The notes: generated from the letters alone by a model not told the origin. A stretch of 32,000 nt of DNA from Candidatus Saccharimonadota bacterium (GCA_049942775.1 CP188087.1:150001-182000), one strand, 5' to 3'. Positions 9,665 to 20,802 are shown, counted from the first letter of the stretch. Translations and numbers: made by a program.

Positions 9665-10477
9665 ATGATAGATTTTTCTTGTATTGATTTTTCTAAATTT
9701 TCGTTAATTGATTTAATTGTTTCAATAACTAGTACTATACGTGGAAAAGATTTTTGTTCTGATTTTGTAATTTCAGAATTAAAATCAAAAGTGGAAGAGG
9801 CTAATTTTTATATTAGTTCTGAAACTGATAATAAGAAAAGATTTAAAAAGTTATTATATTTATTTTATGTGCATTGGAATTTTACTTCTTCCAATGGATT
9901 GTACAAGTTATCAGATTCTTTATGTATCGATAATGTTTTAAAACATAAACAAGGAACAGCAATTTCTTTAGGAATAATTTTTTTTCATATTTCTAAAGAA
10001 CTAAATTTTCCTATATCTATTGTACTATTTCCTACCCAGTTAATTTTAAAAGTTGATTGGTCAAAAGGAGATAAATATTTAATTGATCCATTTAATGGAC
10101 AATTTTTAAATAATCATATTTTAGAAGCATGGTTGAAAGGTAATATTAGTCCGACTGCAAAATTAAACAAAAATAATTTAAAAGCAGATAATTTTTTAAC
10201 TATTATAAAAAAAATATTAAATACATTTAAAACTGCTTTAATGGAAGAAAAAAAAATGGATTTAGCTTTAATTGCAAATAAAATTTTGTTACAAATTACA
10301 CCAAATGATCCTTATGAAATTCGAGATCGTGGATTGATATATTCTCAATTAGATTGTGATCATATAGCATTAGCTGATTTAATTTATTTTATTGAACATT
10401 GTCCAGAAGATCCAATTAGTGAAATTATTAAAATTCAAATTCATTCAATTGAACAAAAAAAAGTAGTTTTACACTAA
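9665..10477 (+). CDS. sirB1: SirB1/YchA family protein (transglutaminase-like/TPR; function unknown)
   Basis: 270 aa versus 269 aa for E. coli SirB1. Strong colinear blocks: FPTQLILKV, NPFNG, WLKGNISP, LMEE..M.LAL and DPYEIRDRGLIYSQLDC.H.AL.DL.YF.E.CPEDPISE, ending VLH. AAGGA SD 5 nt upstream. Confidence 0.9.
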   Translation: MIDFSCIDFSKFSLIDLIVSITSTIRGKDFCSDFVISELKSKVEEANFYISSETDNKKRFKKLLYLFYVHWNFTSSNGLYKLSDSLCIDNVLKHKQGTAISLGIIFFHISKELNFPISIVLFPTQLILKVDWSKGDKYLIDPFNGQFLNNHILEAWLKGNISPTAKLNKNNLKADNFLTIIKKILNTFKTALMEEKKMDLALIANKILLQITPNDPYEIRDRGLIYSQLDCDHIALADLIYFIEHCPEDPISEIIKIQIHSIEQKKVVLH

Positions 10478-10680
10478 TTTAATTATATTTTTAAAAAAAA
10501 GATTTTATTTAAACAAATAAAGAAATTTTTATAGTTTCTTAAAAAAGAAAATAAAATTTTTTTTAGAATCGTTGTATTCGTTATTATTACTTAATATAGA
10601 AAGAACTAACATACTAGTAGATTTTTTTTTAAAATATGATATGATTTTTTAAATTATTTTATTATATTTTTTAAATAAAA

Positions 10681-11913
10681 ATGAAATACGATGAATTAGT
10701 TTTAGTTTTAAATTGTGGAAGTTCTTCACTAAAATTTTCAATAATACATCCGATAGAAAAAAAGGTTTATTTATCTGGAATGGCAGAACGGTTGAATTTA
10801 AAAAATACAAGATTGATTTGGTCAACATTAAATAATTCCAATAAAAAAATTAAAATTTTTGATAAAGAAACAGATCATAATGAAATATTAAATATAATAA
10901 AAAAAGAAATATTTTTAAAAAATAAAAAATTATTTAAAAAAGTTGGGATTATTGGTCATCGAGTTGTTCATGGTGGTCGTTATATAAAACAAACTGTTGT
11001 TATTAATGATAAGATTGTTCGTCACATAAACGAAGCATCTATATTTTCTCCTTTACATAATCCAGTAAATTTATTAGGAATTAATTTTTCTTTGAAAAAT
11101 TTTCCAAAATTATTTGAAAGAAATGTTGCTGTTTTTGATACCTCTTTTTTTTATTCAATGCCAAAGATATCTTATTTGTATGCTATTCCACATAATTTAT
11201 ACCATAATCATGGAATTAGAAGGTATGGAGCACATGGCACTAGTCATAGATACGTTAGTATGCAAGCAGCTATTTTTTTAAAAAAACCTTTTTATGATAT
11301 GAATATCATTTCTTGTCATTTAGGAAATGGTTCGTCAATTGCAGCTATTAAGAATGGAATTTGTGTCGATACTTCCATGGGATTAACACCTTTAGAAGGA
11401 TTAGTAATGGGAACTAGATCAGGAGATATTGATCCTTCAATTATTTTTTTTATGTATAAAAAATTAAATTATACAATTAAAGAAATTAATGATTTATTAA
11501 TCAATAAATCAGGTTTATTAGGTTTAAGTCAGAAGACTAGTGATTTTAGAGATTTGGAATTGAATTATTGTTCAAACAAAAAAGCAAAGTTATCGATTGA
11601 TATTTTTTGTTATAGGTTAAGAAAATATATTTCTTCTTATTTTTCTTTAATGAATGGTAAATTAGATGGAATTATTTTTACTGGAGGTATTGGAGAAAAT
11701 TCTTCTTTGGTAAGAGAGAAAAGTTTAAAGAACTTATCTTGGTTTGGAAACATTTGTATTGATAATGAAAAAAACAATTGTTCTTTAAATTTAAAGACAA
11801 ATGACAATATAATTAATATTAGCAAAAATTCTGGAATTCCAATATTAATAATACCAACTAATGAAGAATTTGCTATTGCAGAAGAATCGTTTAATATGTT
11901 TTTTAATAAATGA
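10681..11913 (+). CDS. ackA: Acetate kinase
   Basis: 410 aa. LVLVLNCGSSSLKF, GHRVVHGG, FSPLHNP, FDT.F, RRYG.HGTSH, SCHLGNG.S, GLTPLEGL.MGTRSGD.DP and FTGGIGENS are acetate kinase signatures. Confidence 0.95.
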   Translation: MKYDELVLVLNCGSSSLKFSIIHPIEKKVYLSGMAERLNLKNTRLIWSTLNNSNKKIKIFDKETDHNEILNIIKKEIFLKNKKLFKKVGIIGHRVVHGGRYIKQTVVINDKIVRHINEASIFSPLHNPVNLLGINFSLKNFPKLFERNVAVFDTSFFYSMPKISYLYAIPHNLYHNHGIRRYGAHGTSHRYVSMQAAIFLKKPFYDMNIISCHLGNGSSIAAIKNGICVDTSMGLTPLEGLVMGTRSGDIDPSIIFFMYKKLNYTIKEINDLLINKSGLLGLSQKTSDFRDLELNYCSNKKAKLSIDIFCYRLRKYISSYFSLMNGKLDGIIFTGGIGENSSLVREKSLKNLSWFGNICIDNEKNNCSLNLKTNDNIINISKNSGIPILIIPTNEEFAIAEESFNMFFNK

Positions 11914-11999
11914 AATTTTTAATACTAGTTTTAAATAATATCGAATGATCAATATGTATGTTTGTAAACATTTATTTAATTTAAAAAGAGAGATTTGCT

Positions 12000-14210
12000 T
12001 TGTCGAAAACTATTATTATTTTTTTACCATTAGATGAATCTGTGGATTTAAGCACAACTATTTTAGGATTTATTGATTTTTTAGAAAATAAAAAAAATTG
12101 TAAAAAAAAATATTTTTTTCAACCAATTTCTAATCAAACTTTTAATGTAAATAATTTAGATAAAACATTAAAAATTATTGGTTTTAATAACTTAATTAGT
12201 TGTATTCCAGTTCTTAAAAAAATTAGTACATATGATATTTTTAATAAAAATAGATTTTCAATAATTTATGATAAAATCTTGAAAAATTTATCTAATTTTT
12301 ATAGTTCTGATACAGAGTCTAAAATAGTTTTAGTAGAGGGGTTAAAGTTAGTTCGAGATTATGAACATATAATTAATCAAGTTAATTTTGAAATGTCAAC
12401 AATTTTAAATGCAAATATAATTTTTGTATCAAAAACAGACACAACGGACATTTATTGTCGTCAAAAAATAAATTTTTATATAAAAACATATTTAAAAAAA
12501 TACAATTTGTTTTTTTTAGGAATTATTGTTAATAAATTACAATCTGTTTTAGACAACAGTTCTTATATTTTTTTAAGAAATGAAAAGTTTTTTTTATCTA
12601 ATAGCATGATGTCTTCTAAAAAACAACCTGTTATTGACCATGAAAAAAAATCTTTTAATAGTAAAAAAGAATTAATTCCACTAATTGCATCTATACCTAA
12701 AAGTAAAAATTTAGTAACTTTTTCTGCTAATATATTTTTTAATCTTTTAAAAACAAAAATTTTAAATAAAGGTAATTTAAATAATTGTATAGTACGAGAT
12801 TTTTTTGTATTGAATTTTGTACATGAAAATATTTTTAAAAAAAGTTATATTGGTTCTATTATAGTTGTTTCTTTTGCAAATGAATTTTTAGTGAACATGT
12901 TATTAGAAAACAAAAAGATACAAAAAGAAATGAGTGTTTTGTTTTTCGCAGATTTGGTAGACTCAAAAATAGAATTCGCTAGAACTTTTCATAACAAACT
13001 AACTAGAAAAGATCTACCAATAGTATATTCTTCTAAAAATATTTTTGAGATAATAAAAAAATTTGAAAATAGTTTTTTTTCTATTTTGAATAAATCTAAC
13101 AATGATATTAGATTGCTTCAGAAATTTGTTTCTAGTAATATTTGTATTAATAGATGGAATAAATTATTAAAAAAAATTACTAAAATTAAAAAGGAACGTT
13201 TCTTTTTAGAATCTGGAACAATTTTTAAAACAAGATTAAAAAAAATAGCTACTTCTTTCTCTAATTTAAGTCGTATTGTTTTTCCTGAAGGAAACGAGTT
13301 AAGAATTATTAAGGCTGTAAACTTTTGCAGTAAAAATAAAATAGCTGAATGTATTTTATTAGGAGATAAAAAAAAAATAAAATCTTTATGTCTAAGAAAT
13401 AATATTAAATTTGATAATAAAATTAAAATTATTAACCCAATCTCAATTAGAGATAGGTATATTACAAATTTAGTCAGAATACGAAAACATAAAGGAATAA
13501 GTAAAATAGAAGCTAGTCATTGTTTACAACACGACTACAATAATATTACATTAGCAACATTAATGTTAGAAGACGGTACAGTAGATGGCTTAGTTGGTGG
13601 ATCAACAACTACTACAGCAAACACTATTAGACCTGGATTACAATTAATCAAAATGTCTAAAGGGTACAACTTTGTTTCATCTTATTTTTTTATGTTGTTT
13701 TATGATAGAGTATTAATATATTCTGATTGTGCTATAAATATAGATCCTGATGCATATCAATTATCTGAAATTGCAATTCAATCTGCAGAATCAGCTTCTC
13801 AATTTAATATTAATCCTAGAATAGCTATGATCTCTTACTCTACAGGCGATTCTGCTTCTGGAAAAAAAGTTGATGTTGTTAGGAAAGCTACAAATTTAGT
13901 TAGATTAAAAAGACCTGATATTATCATAGATGGTCCAATACAATACGATGCTGCTATAGATTTAGAAACAGCTAAAATTAAATCTCCAAATTCCTTAGTT
14001 GCTGGAAAAGCAACTATTTTAATTTTTCCTGATTTAAATACTGGAAACACTACATATAAAGCAGTACAACGTTCAGCAAATATTTCTAGCATTGGTCCTA
14101 TATTACAAGGTATGAAAAAGCCAATTAATGACTTATCAAGAGGAGCTTCAGTAGAAGACATTATTTATACAATTACTGTAACTGCAATACAATCCAAATT
14201 TAAAAAATAG
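12000..14210 (+). CDS. pta: Phosphate acetyltransferase (long form with N-terminal regulatory domains)
   Basis: 736 aa. TTG start at 12000, preceded by an AGAGAG purine run. The N-terminus MSKTIIIFLP...S.DL.. aligns with E. coli MSRIIMLIPTGTSVGL, supporting that start. The C-terminal PTA_PTB domain is highly conserved (VFPEG.E.R..KA, TTANTIRP.LQLIK, DCAIN.DP, GP.QYDAA, IFPDLNTGNTTYKAVQRSA, DLSRGA). The N-terminal two thirds are much more diverged. Confidence 0.93.
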   Translation: MSKTIIIFLPLDESVDLSTTILGFIDFLENKKNCKKKYFFQPISNQTFNVNNLDKTLKIIGFNNLISCIPVLKKISTYDIFNKNRFSIIYDKILKNLSNFYSSDTESKIVLVEGLKLVRDYEHIINQVNFEMSTILNANIIFVSKTDTTDIYCRQKINFYIKTYLKKYNLFFLGIIVNKLQSVLDNSSYIFLRNEKFFLSNSMMSSKKQPVIDHEKKSFNSKKELIPLIASIPKSKNLVTFSANIFFNLLKTKILNKGNLNNCIVRDFFVLNFVHENIFKKSYIGSIIVVSFANEFLVNMLLENKKIQKEMSVLFFADLVDSKIEFARTFHNKLTRKDLPIVYSSKNIFEIIKKFENSFFSILNKSNNDIRLLQKFVSSNICINRWNKLLKKITKIKKERFFLESGTIFKTRLKKIATSFSNLSRIVFPEGNELRIIKAVNFCSKNKIAECILLGDKKKIKSLCLRNNIKFDNKIKIINPISIRDRYITNLVRIRKHKGISKIEASHCLQHDYNNITLATLMLEDGTVDGLVGGSTTTTANTIRPGLQLIKMSKGYNFVSSYFFMLFYDRVLIYSDCAINIDPDAYQLSEIAIQSAESASQFNINPRIAMISYSTGDSASGKKVDVVRKATNLVRLKRPDIIIDGPIQYDAAIDLETAKIKSPNSLVAGKATILIFPDLNTGNTTYKAVQRSANISSIGPILQGMKKPINDLSRGASVEDIIYTITVTAIQSKFKK

Positions 14211-14258
14211 ATTTAAAAAAGTGTATAAATAATTTTATATATATATTGAAATATGATT

Positions 14259-14528
14259 TCATATTTTAATTGTGATGTTTTCTATTATCAAACAAGAACA
14301 TGGTAAAATTTCTTGAAAATTGCAATAAGCAATTGGTTGTTTTGTTTTACAATATATAATTTTTCCAGAAATTAATTTTAATCTACAACATCCACAAAAT
14401 CCATTTCTACAATTGTATTGAATTGGTATGTTATTTTTTTCTAATACTTTTAACAATATTTTTTTTTTTGAGCTAAAAATAATTTTTTTTTTATTTTGAT
14501 TTTTTATTTTTATAGTTATTTTTTTCAT
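14259..14528 (-). CDS. yfaE: 2Fe-2S ferredoxin YfaE (RNR diferric-tyrosyl cofactor maintenance)
   Basis: Cys pattern C-x4-C-x2-C (YNCRNGFCGCCR) plus ILPCSC matches E. coli YfaE, and the gene sits immediately downstream of nrdB as in E. coli. I chose the ATG at 14528, 4 nt after the nrdB stop. The track start at 14543 is a TTG that would overlap nrdB and lengthen the N-terminus beyond the E. coli alignment. Confidence 0.8.
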   Translation of the reverse strand: MKKITIKIKNQNKKKIIFSSKKKILLKVLEKNNIPIQYNCRNGFCGCCRLKLISGKIIYCKTKQPIAYCNFQEILPCSCLIIENITIKI

Positions 14529-14532
14529 TTTT

Positions 14533-15666
14533 TTATAATTCAAATTTTTTAAAATCTTTTTTTAAATTCATAGAAGAATCAATTTGTCCTATTAAATAAG
14601 AACTAATTTCTGTTTCTTGTGGTGCTTCTTGTAAATTATCTGAAGATAACCAAGAATTGATCCATGGAATTGGATTAGAAATATTTTTAAATGGAGAAGA
14701 TAGATTTATTGCTGTCATTCGTATATGTGTAATGTATTCGATATATTGAAACAAAATGTCTTTATTCAATCCTAACATTGATCCATTTTGAAATAGATAT
14801 TTAGCCCATTGTTTTTCTTGTTCAGCTACTTTTAGAAATAATAAATTAGCTTCATTTTTTAATTCTTTAGCTATATGTGACATATTTTCGTTATTGTTAG
14901 GATTTTGAAGAATATTAATTATATGTTGAGTACTAGTTAAATGTAATGCTTCATCTCTTGCAATTAATCTAATTATTTTTGCATTTCCTTCCATAATTTC
15001 TCTTTCAGCGAATGCAAACGAACAAGCAAAACTGACATAAAAACGTATTGCTTCTAATGCATTAACACTAATTAAAGACAAATATAATTTTTTTTTTATA
15101 TCATTTAAATTCACATCTATTGTTTTTTTATTGATTACGTGGTGTCCTTGTCCGAAAATGTACCAATACTGTATTGATTTTATCAAATTATCATAATAGT
15201 TTGCAATATCTTGTGCTCTAGTAATAATAAATTTATTACTAACAATATCGTCAAATATTAATGATGGTTCATTAATGATATTTCTTATTATATGTGTGTA
15301 AGATCTTGAATGAATTGTTTCTGAAAATGACCAAGTTTCTACCCATGTTTCTAATTCTGGTATAGAAATAATTGGTAAAAAAGCTATATTTGGGCTTCTA
15401 CCTTGAATAGAATCTAATAAAGTTTGATATTTTAAGTTGCTTAAGAATATATGTTTTTCATGAGCAGGTAATTTTTTAAAATCAATTCTATCTTGTGTTA
15501 AATCAATTTCTTCCGGTCTCCAAAAAAAAGAAAGTTGTTTTTCAATTAGTTGTTCAAAAATAGAATATTTTTGCTGATCGTATCTAGATATGTTTACATT
15601 TTGTCCAAAAAACATTGGTTCTTGTAGTTGATTATTTTTGTTCTTTGAAAAGGTACTATAATTCAT
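14533..15666 (-). CDS. nrdB: Ribonucleoside-diphosphate reductase 1, beta subunit
   Basis: 377 aa. N-terminus [42 protein letters not shown] is almost identical to E. coli NrdB. AGGAA SD 8 nt upstream. Confidence 0.97.
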   Translation of the reverse strand: MNYSTFSKNKNNQLQEPMFFGQNVNISRYDQQKYSIFEQLIEKQLSFFWRPEEIDLTQDRIDFKKLPAHEKHIFLSNLKYQTLLDSIQGRSPNIAFLPIISIPELETWVETWSFSETIHSRSYTHIIRNIINEPSLIFDDIVSNKFIITRAQDIANYYDNLIKSIQYWYIFGQGHHVINKKTIDVNLNDIKKKLYLSLISVNALEAIRFYVSFACSFAFAEREIMEGNAKIIRLIARDEALHLTSTQHIINILQNPNNNENMSHIAKELKNEANLLFLKVAEQEKQWAKYLFQNGSMLGLNKDILFQYIEYITHIRMTAINLSSPFKNISNPIPWINSWLSSDNLQEAPQETEISSYLIGQIDSSMNLKKDFKKFEL

Positions 15667-15721
15667 TTATTAAGTTCCTAATAATTAATTTTTTGTATTT
15701 GTTTTTTTTTAAATTCCATAT

Positions 15722-18028
15722 CTAAATATGACAAGATCCACTGGAACAGTTATTTTCTTCTTCAGAATAAGAAAAGTTATTTTTTTTATGATTTAACTCA
15801 GAAAATTCATTTGATCCATCTCTAGTATTTTGATAATAAAGAGTTTTTATTCCTAATTTGTAGGCTATTAATAGATCTTTTATTAATTGTTTCATTGGAA
15901 TTTTGTTATTTTTAAATTTTTTTGGATCATAATTTGTATTTGCAGATATAGATTGATCAACGAATTTTTGCATTATTCCAACAAGATGCAAATAGCCAAT
16001 GTTATTTGGAATATTCCAAAGTAATTCATATTTTGATTTTAAGTCAATATATTCTGGAACTACTTGTTTTAATATTCCATCTTTAGAAGATTTTACACTA
16101 ACAAATCCTCTCGGTGGTTCAATTCCATTTGTTGAATTAGAAATTTGTGACGATGTTTCTGATGGCATAATTGCTGTTAGAGTAGAATTTCTTAATCCAT
16201 ATTGTTTTATTTTTTTTCTTAATTTGTCCCAATCTAATTGTAGGGGTTCATTACATATTTCGTCAATTTCTTTTTTATAAGTATCTATTGGTAATATTCC
16301 TTTATAATAATTAGTTTGATAAAAAAATTCACATGATCCGAATTCTTTAGCCAACTTGTTTGAAGCAGTTAATAAATAGTATTGTAAGCATTCGAAAGTA
16401 TTATGGGTTATTTTTTTTGCACTTCCGTCAGAATATTTAACATTATTTTTTGCTAAATAATATGCAAAGTTAGTTACTCCTATTCCTAAGGATCGTCTTT
16501 TAGTTGAAGATTTTTTTGCAGCTGATATTGGATAATTTTGATAATCTAAAATTGAATCTAATGCTCGGACTATTAGTTCCGATAGACTTTTTATTTCTTT
16601 AATATGATTGATAGCTCCTAAGTTTACAGCTGATAATGTACATAGTGCTATTTCTCCGTTTTTGTCATGAATATCATTTAGTGAAGTGGTTGGTAGTGTA
16701 ATTTCTAAACATAAATTAGATTGTCTTATTGGTGCATATTTTGGATTAAATGCACTATGAGTATTACAGTGATCAACATTTTGAATATATATTCTTCCTG
16801 TTGAAGTCCTTTCTTTCATTAATAAAGAAAAGAGTTCTAAAGATTTTATTGTTCTTTTCCTAATTTCGTTTTGATTTTCATATTTTATATATAATTTTTC
16901 AAATTTCTCTTGATCGGAAAAAAAATAATCATATAGTTTATTTGTATCAGAAGGACTAAATAAAGTTATTTTTTCTCCTTTTATTAATCTTTGGTACATA
17001 AATTTATTTATTTGAACAGCATAGTCCACATGTCTAACCCTGTTACTTTCGACTCCTCTATTGTTTTTTAGTACTAGTAAATTTTCTATTTCAAGATGCC
17101 AAATAGGATAAAAAATTGTTGCTGCTCCTCCTCTTACTCCACCCTGCGAACATGATTTTACTGCGCTTTGAAACAATTTATAAAATGGAATACATCCAGT
17201 ATGAAATGCTTCTCCGTTTCTTATTGGAGAACCTAGTGCTCTTATTTGTCCGGCATTTATTCCTATTCCTGCTCGTTGAGATACATATTTTATTATAGAA
17301 TTAGTTGTAGCATTAATTGAATTTAAATTGTCAGCACATTCTATTAATACACAAGAACTAAACTGTTTAGTTGGAGTTCTAACGCCTGACATAATTGGAG
17401 TTGGTAATGAAATTTTAAAGGTTGAAATAGCATCATAAAATTTTTTGATAAATTTCATTCTTTTATTTTTTGGATATTTGTAAAATAAACAGGCGGATAT
17501 TAATATGTAAAGAAATTGAGCAGTTTCATAGATTTCACCTGTAGTTTTATTTTGAACTAGATATTTTCCTTCTAATTGTTTTACTCCTGCATACGAAAAA
17601 TTCATATCTCTCCAGTGATCTATGAATGAATTCATTAAAGCAAACTCTTTTTTAGAATAGTATTCTAATAAATTTTTGTCATATTTTTTTAAATTTACCA
17701 GTTTTTTTACGTGTGTATATAATGTTGGAGGAATAAATTGATTGTATGCTTTTTTTCTTAGATGAAAAATAGACAGTCTAGCAGCCATATATTGATAATC
17801 AGGAGAATTTTGAGAAATTAAATCAGCAGCTGCTTTTATAATTGTTTCATGTATATTTATTGTACTAATTCCATTATAGAATTGAATTCTTGATTTCAGT
17901 TCTACTTGTGAGATAGAAACATTTTTTAAACCTTTTGATGCCCATTGTAAAACTTTATGTATTTTATCTAGATTTATAGGTTCTTTTTTTTTATTTCTTT
18001 TTATAACAAATATTTTTTTTTTAAACAT
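15722..18028 (-). CDS. nrdA: Ribonucleoside-diphosphate reductase 1, alpha subunit
   Basis: ATP-cone N-terminus V.KR......INLDKIH.VL.WA, the catalytic core, and a C-terminal CxxxC tail (CSSGSCHI versus E. coli CESGACKI). I placed the start at the ATG at 18028 (MFKKKIFVIKRNKKKEPINLDKIH) because it aligns with the E. coli N-terminus. The track start at 18073 is a TTG that adds 15 unaligned residues. Confidence 0.95.
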   Translation of the reverse strand: MFKKKIFVIKRNKKKEPINLDKIHKVLQWASKGLKNVSISQVELKSRIQFYNGISTINIHETIIKAAADLISQNSPDYQYMAARLSIFHLRKKAYNQFIPPTLYTHVKKLVNLKKYDKNLLEYYSKKEFALMNSFIDHWRDMNFSYAGVKQLEGKYLVQNKTTGEIYETAQFLYILISACLFYKYPKNKRMKFIKKFYDAISTFKISLPTPIMSGVRTPTKQFSSCVLIECADNLNSINATTNSIIKYVSQRAGIGINAGQIRALGSPIRNGEAFHTGCIPFYKLFQSAVKSCSQGGVRGGAATIFYPIWHLEIENLLVLKNNRGVESNRVRHVDYAVQINKFMYQRLIKGEKITLFSPSDTNKLYDYFFSDQEKFEKLYIKYENQNEIRKRTIKSLELFSLLMKERTSTGRIYIQNVDHCNTHSAFNPKYAPIRQSNLCLEITLPTTSLNDIHDKNGEIALCTLSAVNLGAINHIKEIKSLSELIVRALDSILDYQNYPISAAKKSSTKRRSLGIGVTNFAYYLAKNNVKYSDGSAKKITHNTFECLQYYLLTASNKLAKEFGSCEFFYQTNYYKGILPIDTYKKEIDEICNEPLQLDWDKLRKKIKQYGLRNSTLTAIMPSETSSQISNSTNGIEPPRGFVSVKSSKDGILKQVVPEYIDLKSKYELLWNIPNNIGYLHLVGIMQKFVDQSISANTNYDPKKFKNNKIPMKQLIKDLLIAYKLGIKTLYYQNTRDGSNEFSELNHKKNNFSYSEEENNCSSGSCHI

Positions 18029-18111
18029 TGTTTTATTCCAAATGAATATTGCTGATATATTTATATAATGCAAATAAATTTTAATAAATTTTTAAAATAA
18101 TTTATATTTTT

Positions 18112-20622
18112 TTAAAATATTTTTTTTATTCTTTGTATTGCTACTAGTTTTTCTTTTTGTGATGTTCTGATAAGAATGACTCCTTGTGTGTTTCTTCCAA
18201 GTATTCTTAGTTCAGAGACTCTAGTTCTTACTAATTTACCAGAATTTGTAATGATTATTATTTGATCTTGGTCTATTACTTGAATAGCAGCAATTACGAT
18301 TCCATTTTTTTTTGTTTGTTTCATTGCTATCATTCCTTTTGTAGCTCTAGATTTAATAGGAAAATCAGTTATTTTTGTTCTTTTCCCATATCCTTTATCG
18401 GTAACAATAAGAATACTATGTAATTTTTTTGGAACAATTAAAGAAACAACTCTATCATTTTTGTTCATTTTCATTCCTTTGACTCCAGAAGCAGTTCTTC
18501 CCATTTTTCGTACTGAAGTTTCAGAAAATTGAACTGTTTTTCCAGAAGCTGAAAATAGCATAATATTATCTTTTCCGTTAGTAAGAGCTATTCCAATTAA
18601 CTCATCGTTATTTTTTAAATTAATTGCTATGATTCCTTTATTTCTTGGTCTATTAAATTCGTTTAGAGCAGTTTTTTTTACGATACCATGAGATGTTGCC
18701 ATAAAAATATTAATGTTGTCTTGATATTTTTTTATAGGTAAAATTGCTGTAATTCTTTCTTTAGTTTGTAATGGTAATAAATTAATTATTGGACGTCCTC
18801 GAGCGTTCCTGCTGGATTCAGGTAATTGGTAGACTTTCATCCAATATAGAATTCCTTTGTTAGAAAAACATAAAATAGTATCTAATGTATTTGTTACTAA
18901 TAATATTTTTATGAAGTCGGTTTTTTTAGTTTTTGCTGCTGTTTTCCCCCTACCTCCTCTTTTTTGTGCTTCGTAGTCAGATATTGGTTGATATTTTACA
19001 TAACCAGAATATGATAAAGTAATAACAACATCTTTTGGATTAATCATATCTTCTAAATTAATTTCAGAACGATTTGAAGTTATAATTTCTGTTTTTCTTT
19101 GATCTCCAAAATTTTTTTTAATATCTAATAGTTCATTTCGTATAATTTCCATCATATATTTATGATTATATAAAATTTTTTTTAGTTTTTTTGTTTTTTT
19201 TAGTAAATTGTTTTTATCATCAATAATTTTTGCATATTCTAAATTTGTTAGTTTGCTTAAACGTAGTTCCAAAATTGATTGTGCTTGTTTCTCAGTAAAA
19301 TAACTACTTGTTTTTTCTTTAATTAAATTCGTGTCATTTTTATTTAAAATTAAATTTTCTTTTTTATTATTATCCCATTTTTTTGATAATAGTTTTTCTT
19401 TTGCTTCTGAAGAGTTTTTAGAAGATTGAATTGTTTTAATGATTAAATTTATATTTTTTATAGCAATACTTAGACCATTTAAAATATGAATTTTTTCTTC
19501 ATATTTTTGAAGTTCAAAAATGCTTCGTCTAGTTACTGTTTGTTTTCTATGTAAAATAAAAGAATGAATAATTTCTAATAAAGATAGTCTTTTTGGTCTT
19601 CCGTTAAATAAAGCAACCATATTAATTCCAAAAGAAATTTGTAATTGACTAAGAGAATATAGTTGGTTCAGAATAATTTCTGATATTGCTTCTTTTTTAA
19701 TTTCTATTACAATTCTCATTCCATCTTTATCCGATTCGTCTCTTAAAGCACTTATTCCTTCAATTTTTTTTTCTTTTACTAATTCTGAAATTTTTTCTAT
19801 TAATCGAGATTTATTAACTTGATATGGTATTTCATTTATAATAATCGATTTTTTTCTAGATTTTGTATTTGTTTCTATTTTATGTTTTGCTCTAATGCTA
19901 ATTTTTCCTTTTCCTGTTTTATAGGCTTTTTCAATTCCTGATCGTCCTATTATTATTCCTGAAGTTGGAAAATCAGGACCAGGTATATATTTTATAAGGT
20001 CTTGTACAGTCATTTTTTCATTATCAATATATGCCACGCATCCATTTATTACCTCAGTAATATTATGTGGTGGAATATTTGTAGCCATTCCTACTGCAAT
20101 TCCTGAAGAACCATTTATTAATAAATTAGGTATTTTTGTTGGTAATATTTTAGGAATAAATTCTGATCCATCGTAATTTGGAACGAAATCAACTGTTTTT
20201 TTTTCCAAATCAGATAATAGCTCATGAGCTATTTTTGACATTCTTACTTCTGTATATCTCATTGCTGCTGCTGCATCTCCGTCTATAGAACCAAAATTTC
20301 CTTGACCATCGATAAGTGTATATCTTAAAGAGAATTGTTGAGCCATTCGAATTATTGCATCGTATACAGCTGAATCACCATGTGGATGATATTTACCAAT
20401 TACATCACCAACAATTCTTGCTGATTTTTTGTAAGGTTTATTCCATAAGTTATTTAAAATATACATTGCAAATAGTATTCTTCTGTGCACAGGTTTAAGA
20501 CCGTCTCTAACATCTGGAAGTGCTCTTCCAACTATTACTGACATAGCATAGTCTAAATAGGAGTTTTTGAGTTCTTTTTCTACATTAATTTGTATTATTT
20601 CTTTAGCAAGGTTGTTTTTCAT
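18112..20622 (-). CDS. gyrA: DNA gyrase subunit A
   Basis: 836 aa. The QRDR block [24 protein letters not shown] carries wild-type Ser/Asp positions. The active-site region AAAMRYTE and the beta-pinwheel C-terminal domain repeats are present. The protein ends at ...[12 protein letters not shown]....[11 protein letters not shown], where the E. coli acidic tail would begin. Confidence 0.97.
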   Translation of the reverse strand: MKNNLAKEIIQINVEKELKNSYLDYAMSVIVGRALPDVRDGLKPVHRRILFAMYILNNLWNKPYKKSARIVGDVIGKYHPHGDSAVYDAIIRMAQQFSLRYTLIDGQGNFGSIDGDAAAAMRYTEVRMSKIAHELLSDLEKKTVDFVPNYDGSEFIPKILPTKIPNLLINGSSGIAVGMATNIPPHNITEVINGCVAYIDNEKMTVQDLIKYIPGPDFPTSGIIIGRSGIEKAYKTGKGKISIRAKHKIETNTKSRKKSIIINEIPYQVNKSRLIEKISELVKEKKIEGISALRDESDKDGMRIVIEIKKEAISEIILNQLYSLSQLQISFGINMVALFNGRPKRLSLLEIIHSFILHRKQTVTRRSIFELQKYEEKIHILNGLSIAIKNINLIIKTIQSSKNSSEAKEKLLSKKWDNNKKENLILNKNDTNLIKEKTSSYFTEKQAQSILELRLSKLTNLEYAKIIDDKNNLLKKTKKLKKILYNHKYMMEIIRNELLDIKKNFGDQRKTEIITSNRSEINLEDMINPKDVVITLSYSGYVKYQPISDYEAQKRGGRGKTAAKTKKTDFIKILLVTNTLDTILCFSNKGILYWMKVYQLPESSRNARGRPIINLLPLQTKERITAILPIKKYQDNINIFMATSHGIVKKTALNEFNRPRNKGIIAINLKNNDELIGIALTNGKDNIMLFSASGKTVQFSETSVRKMGRTASGVKGMKMNKNDRVVSLIVPKKLHSILIVTDKGYGKRTKITDFPIKSRATKGMIAMKQTKKNGIVIAAIQVIDQDQIIIITNSGKLVRTRVSELRILGRNTQGVILIRTSQKEKLVAIQRIKKIF

Positions 20623-20766
20623 AGAATTATTGTATTGATAAGTTAATTGTTGAAGTTTAAATTAGGAAAATATATGTATAATATAACTAACTAAATAACA
20701 TATTAAAAGATTTTTTTATGATGAAAAATATTATGTATAGTTTCTTAATATTTAAAATAAGTTAAG

Positions 20767-20802
20767 ATGTATTTTGTATGTTATATCAAATACAAAATAC
20801 AT
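20767..20802. repeat. 13-bp perfect inverted repeat (atgtattttgtat / atacaaaatacat, 10-nt spacer) in the gyrA / DUF2076-like divergent intergenic region
   Basis: Read directly: arms at 20767-20779 and 20790-20802. Confidence 0.6.

Noticed and set aside
14249-14266. The hairpin aaatatga-tt-tcatattt overlapping the yfaE stop, as a pta/yfaE terminator
   Set aside because: It has a 2-nt loop, an almost all-A/T stem, and overlaps coding sequence. Not distinguishable from chance.
18029-18073. TTG-initiated N-terminal extensions suggested by the ORF track for nrdA (18073), rnt (26743), yfaE (14543) and nadK (24138)
   Set aside because: In each case a downstream ATG gives an N-terminus matching the E. 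coli homologue in length and sequence. The extensions add unaligned residues, and for yfaE they create an overlap with nrdB.
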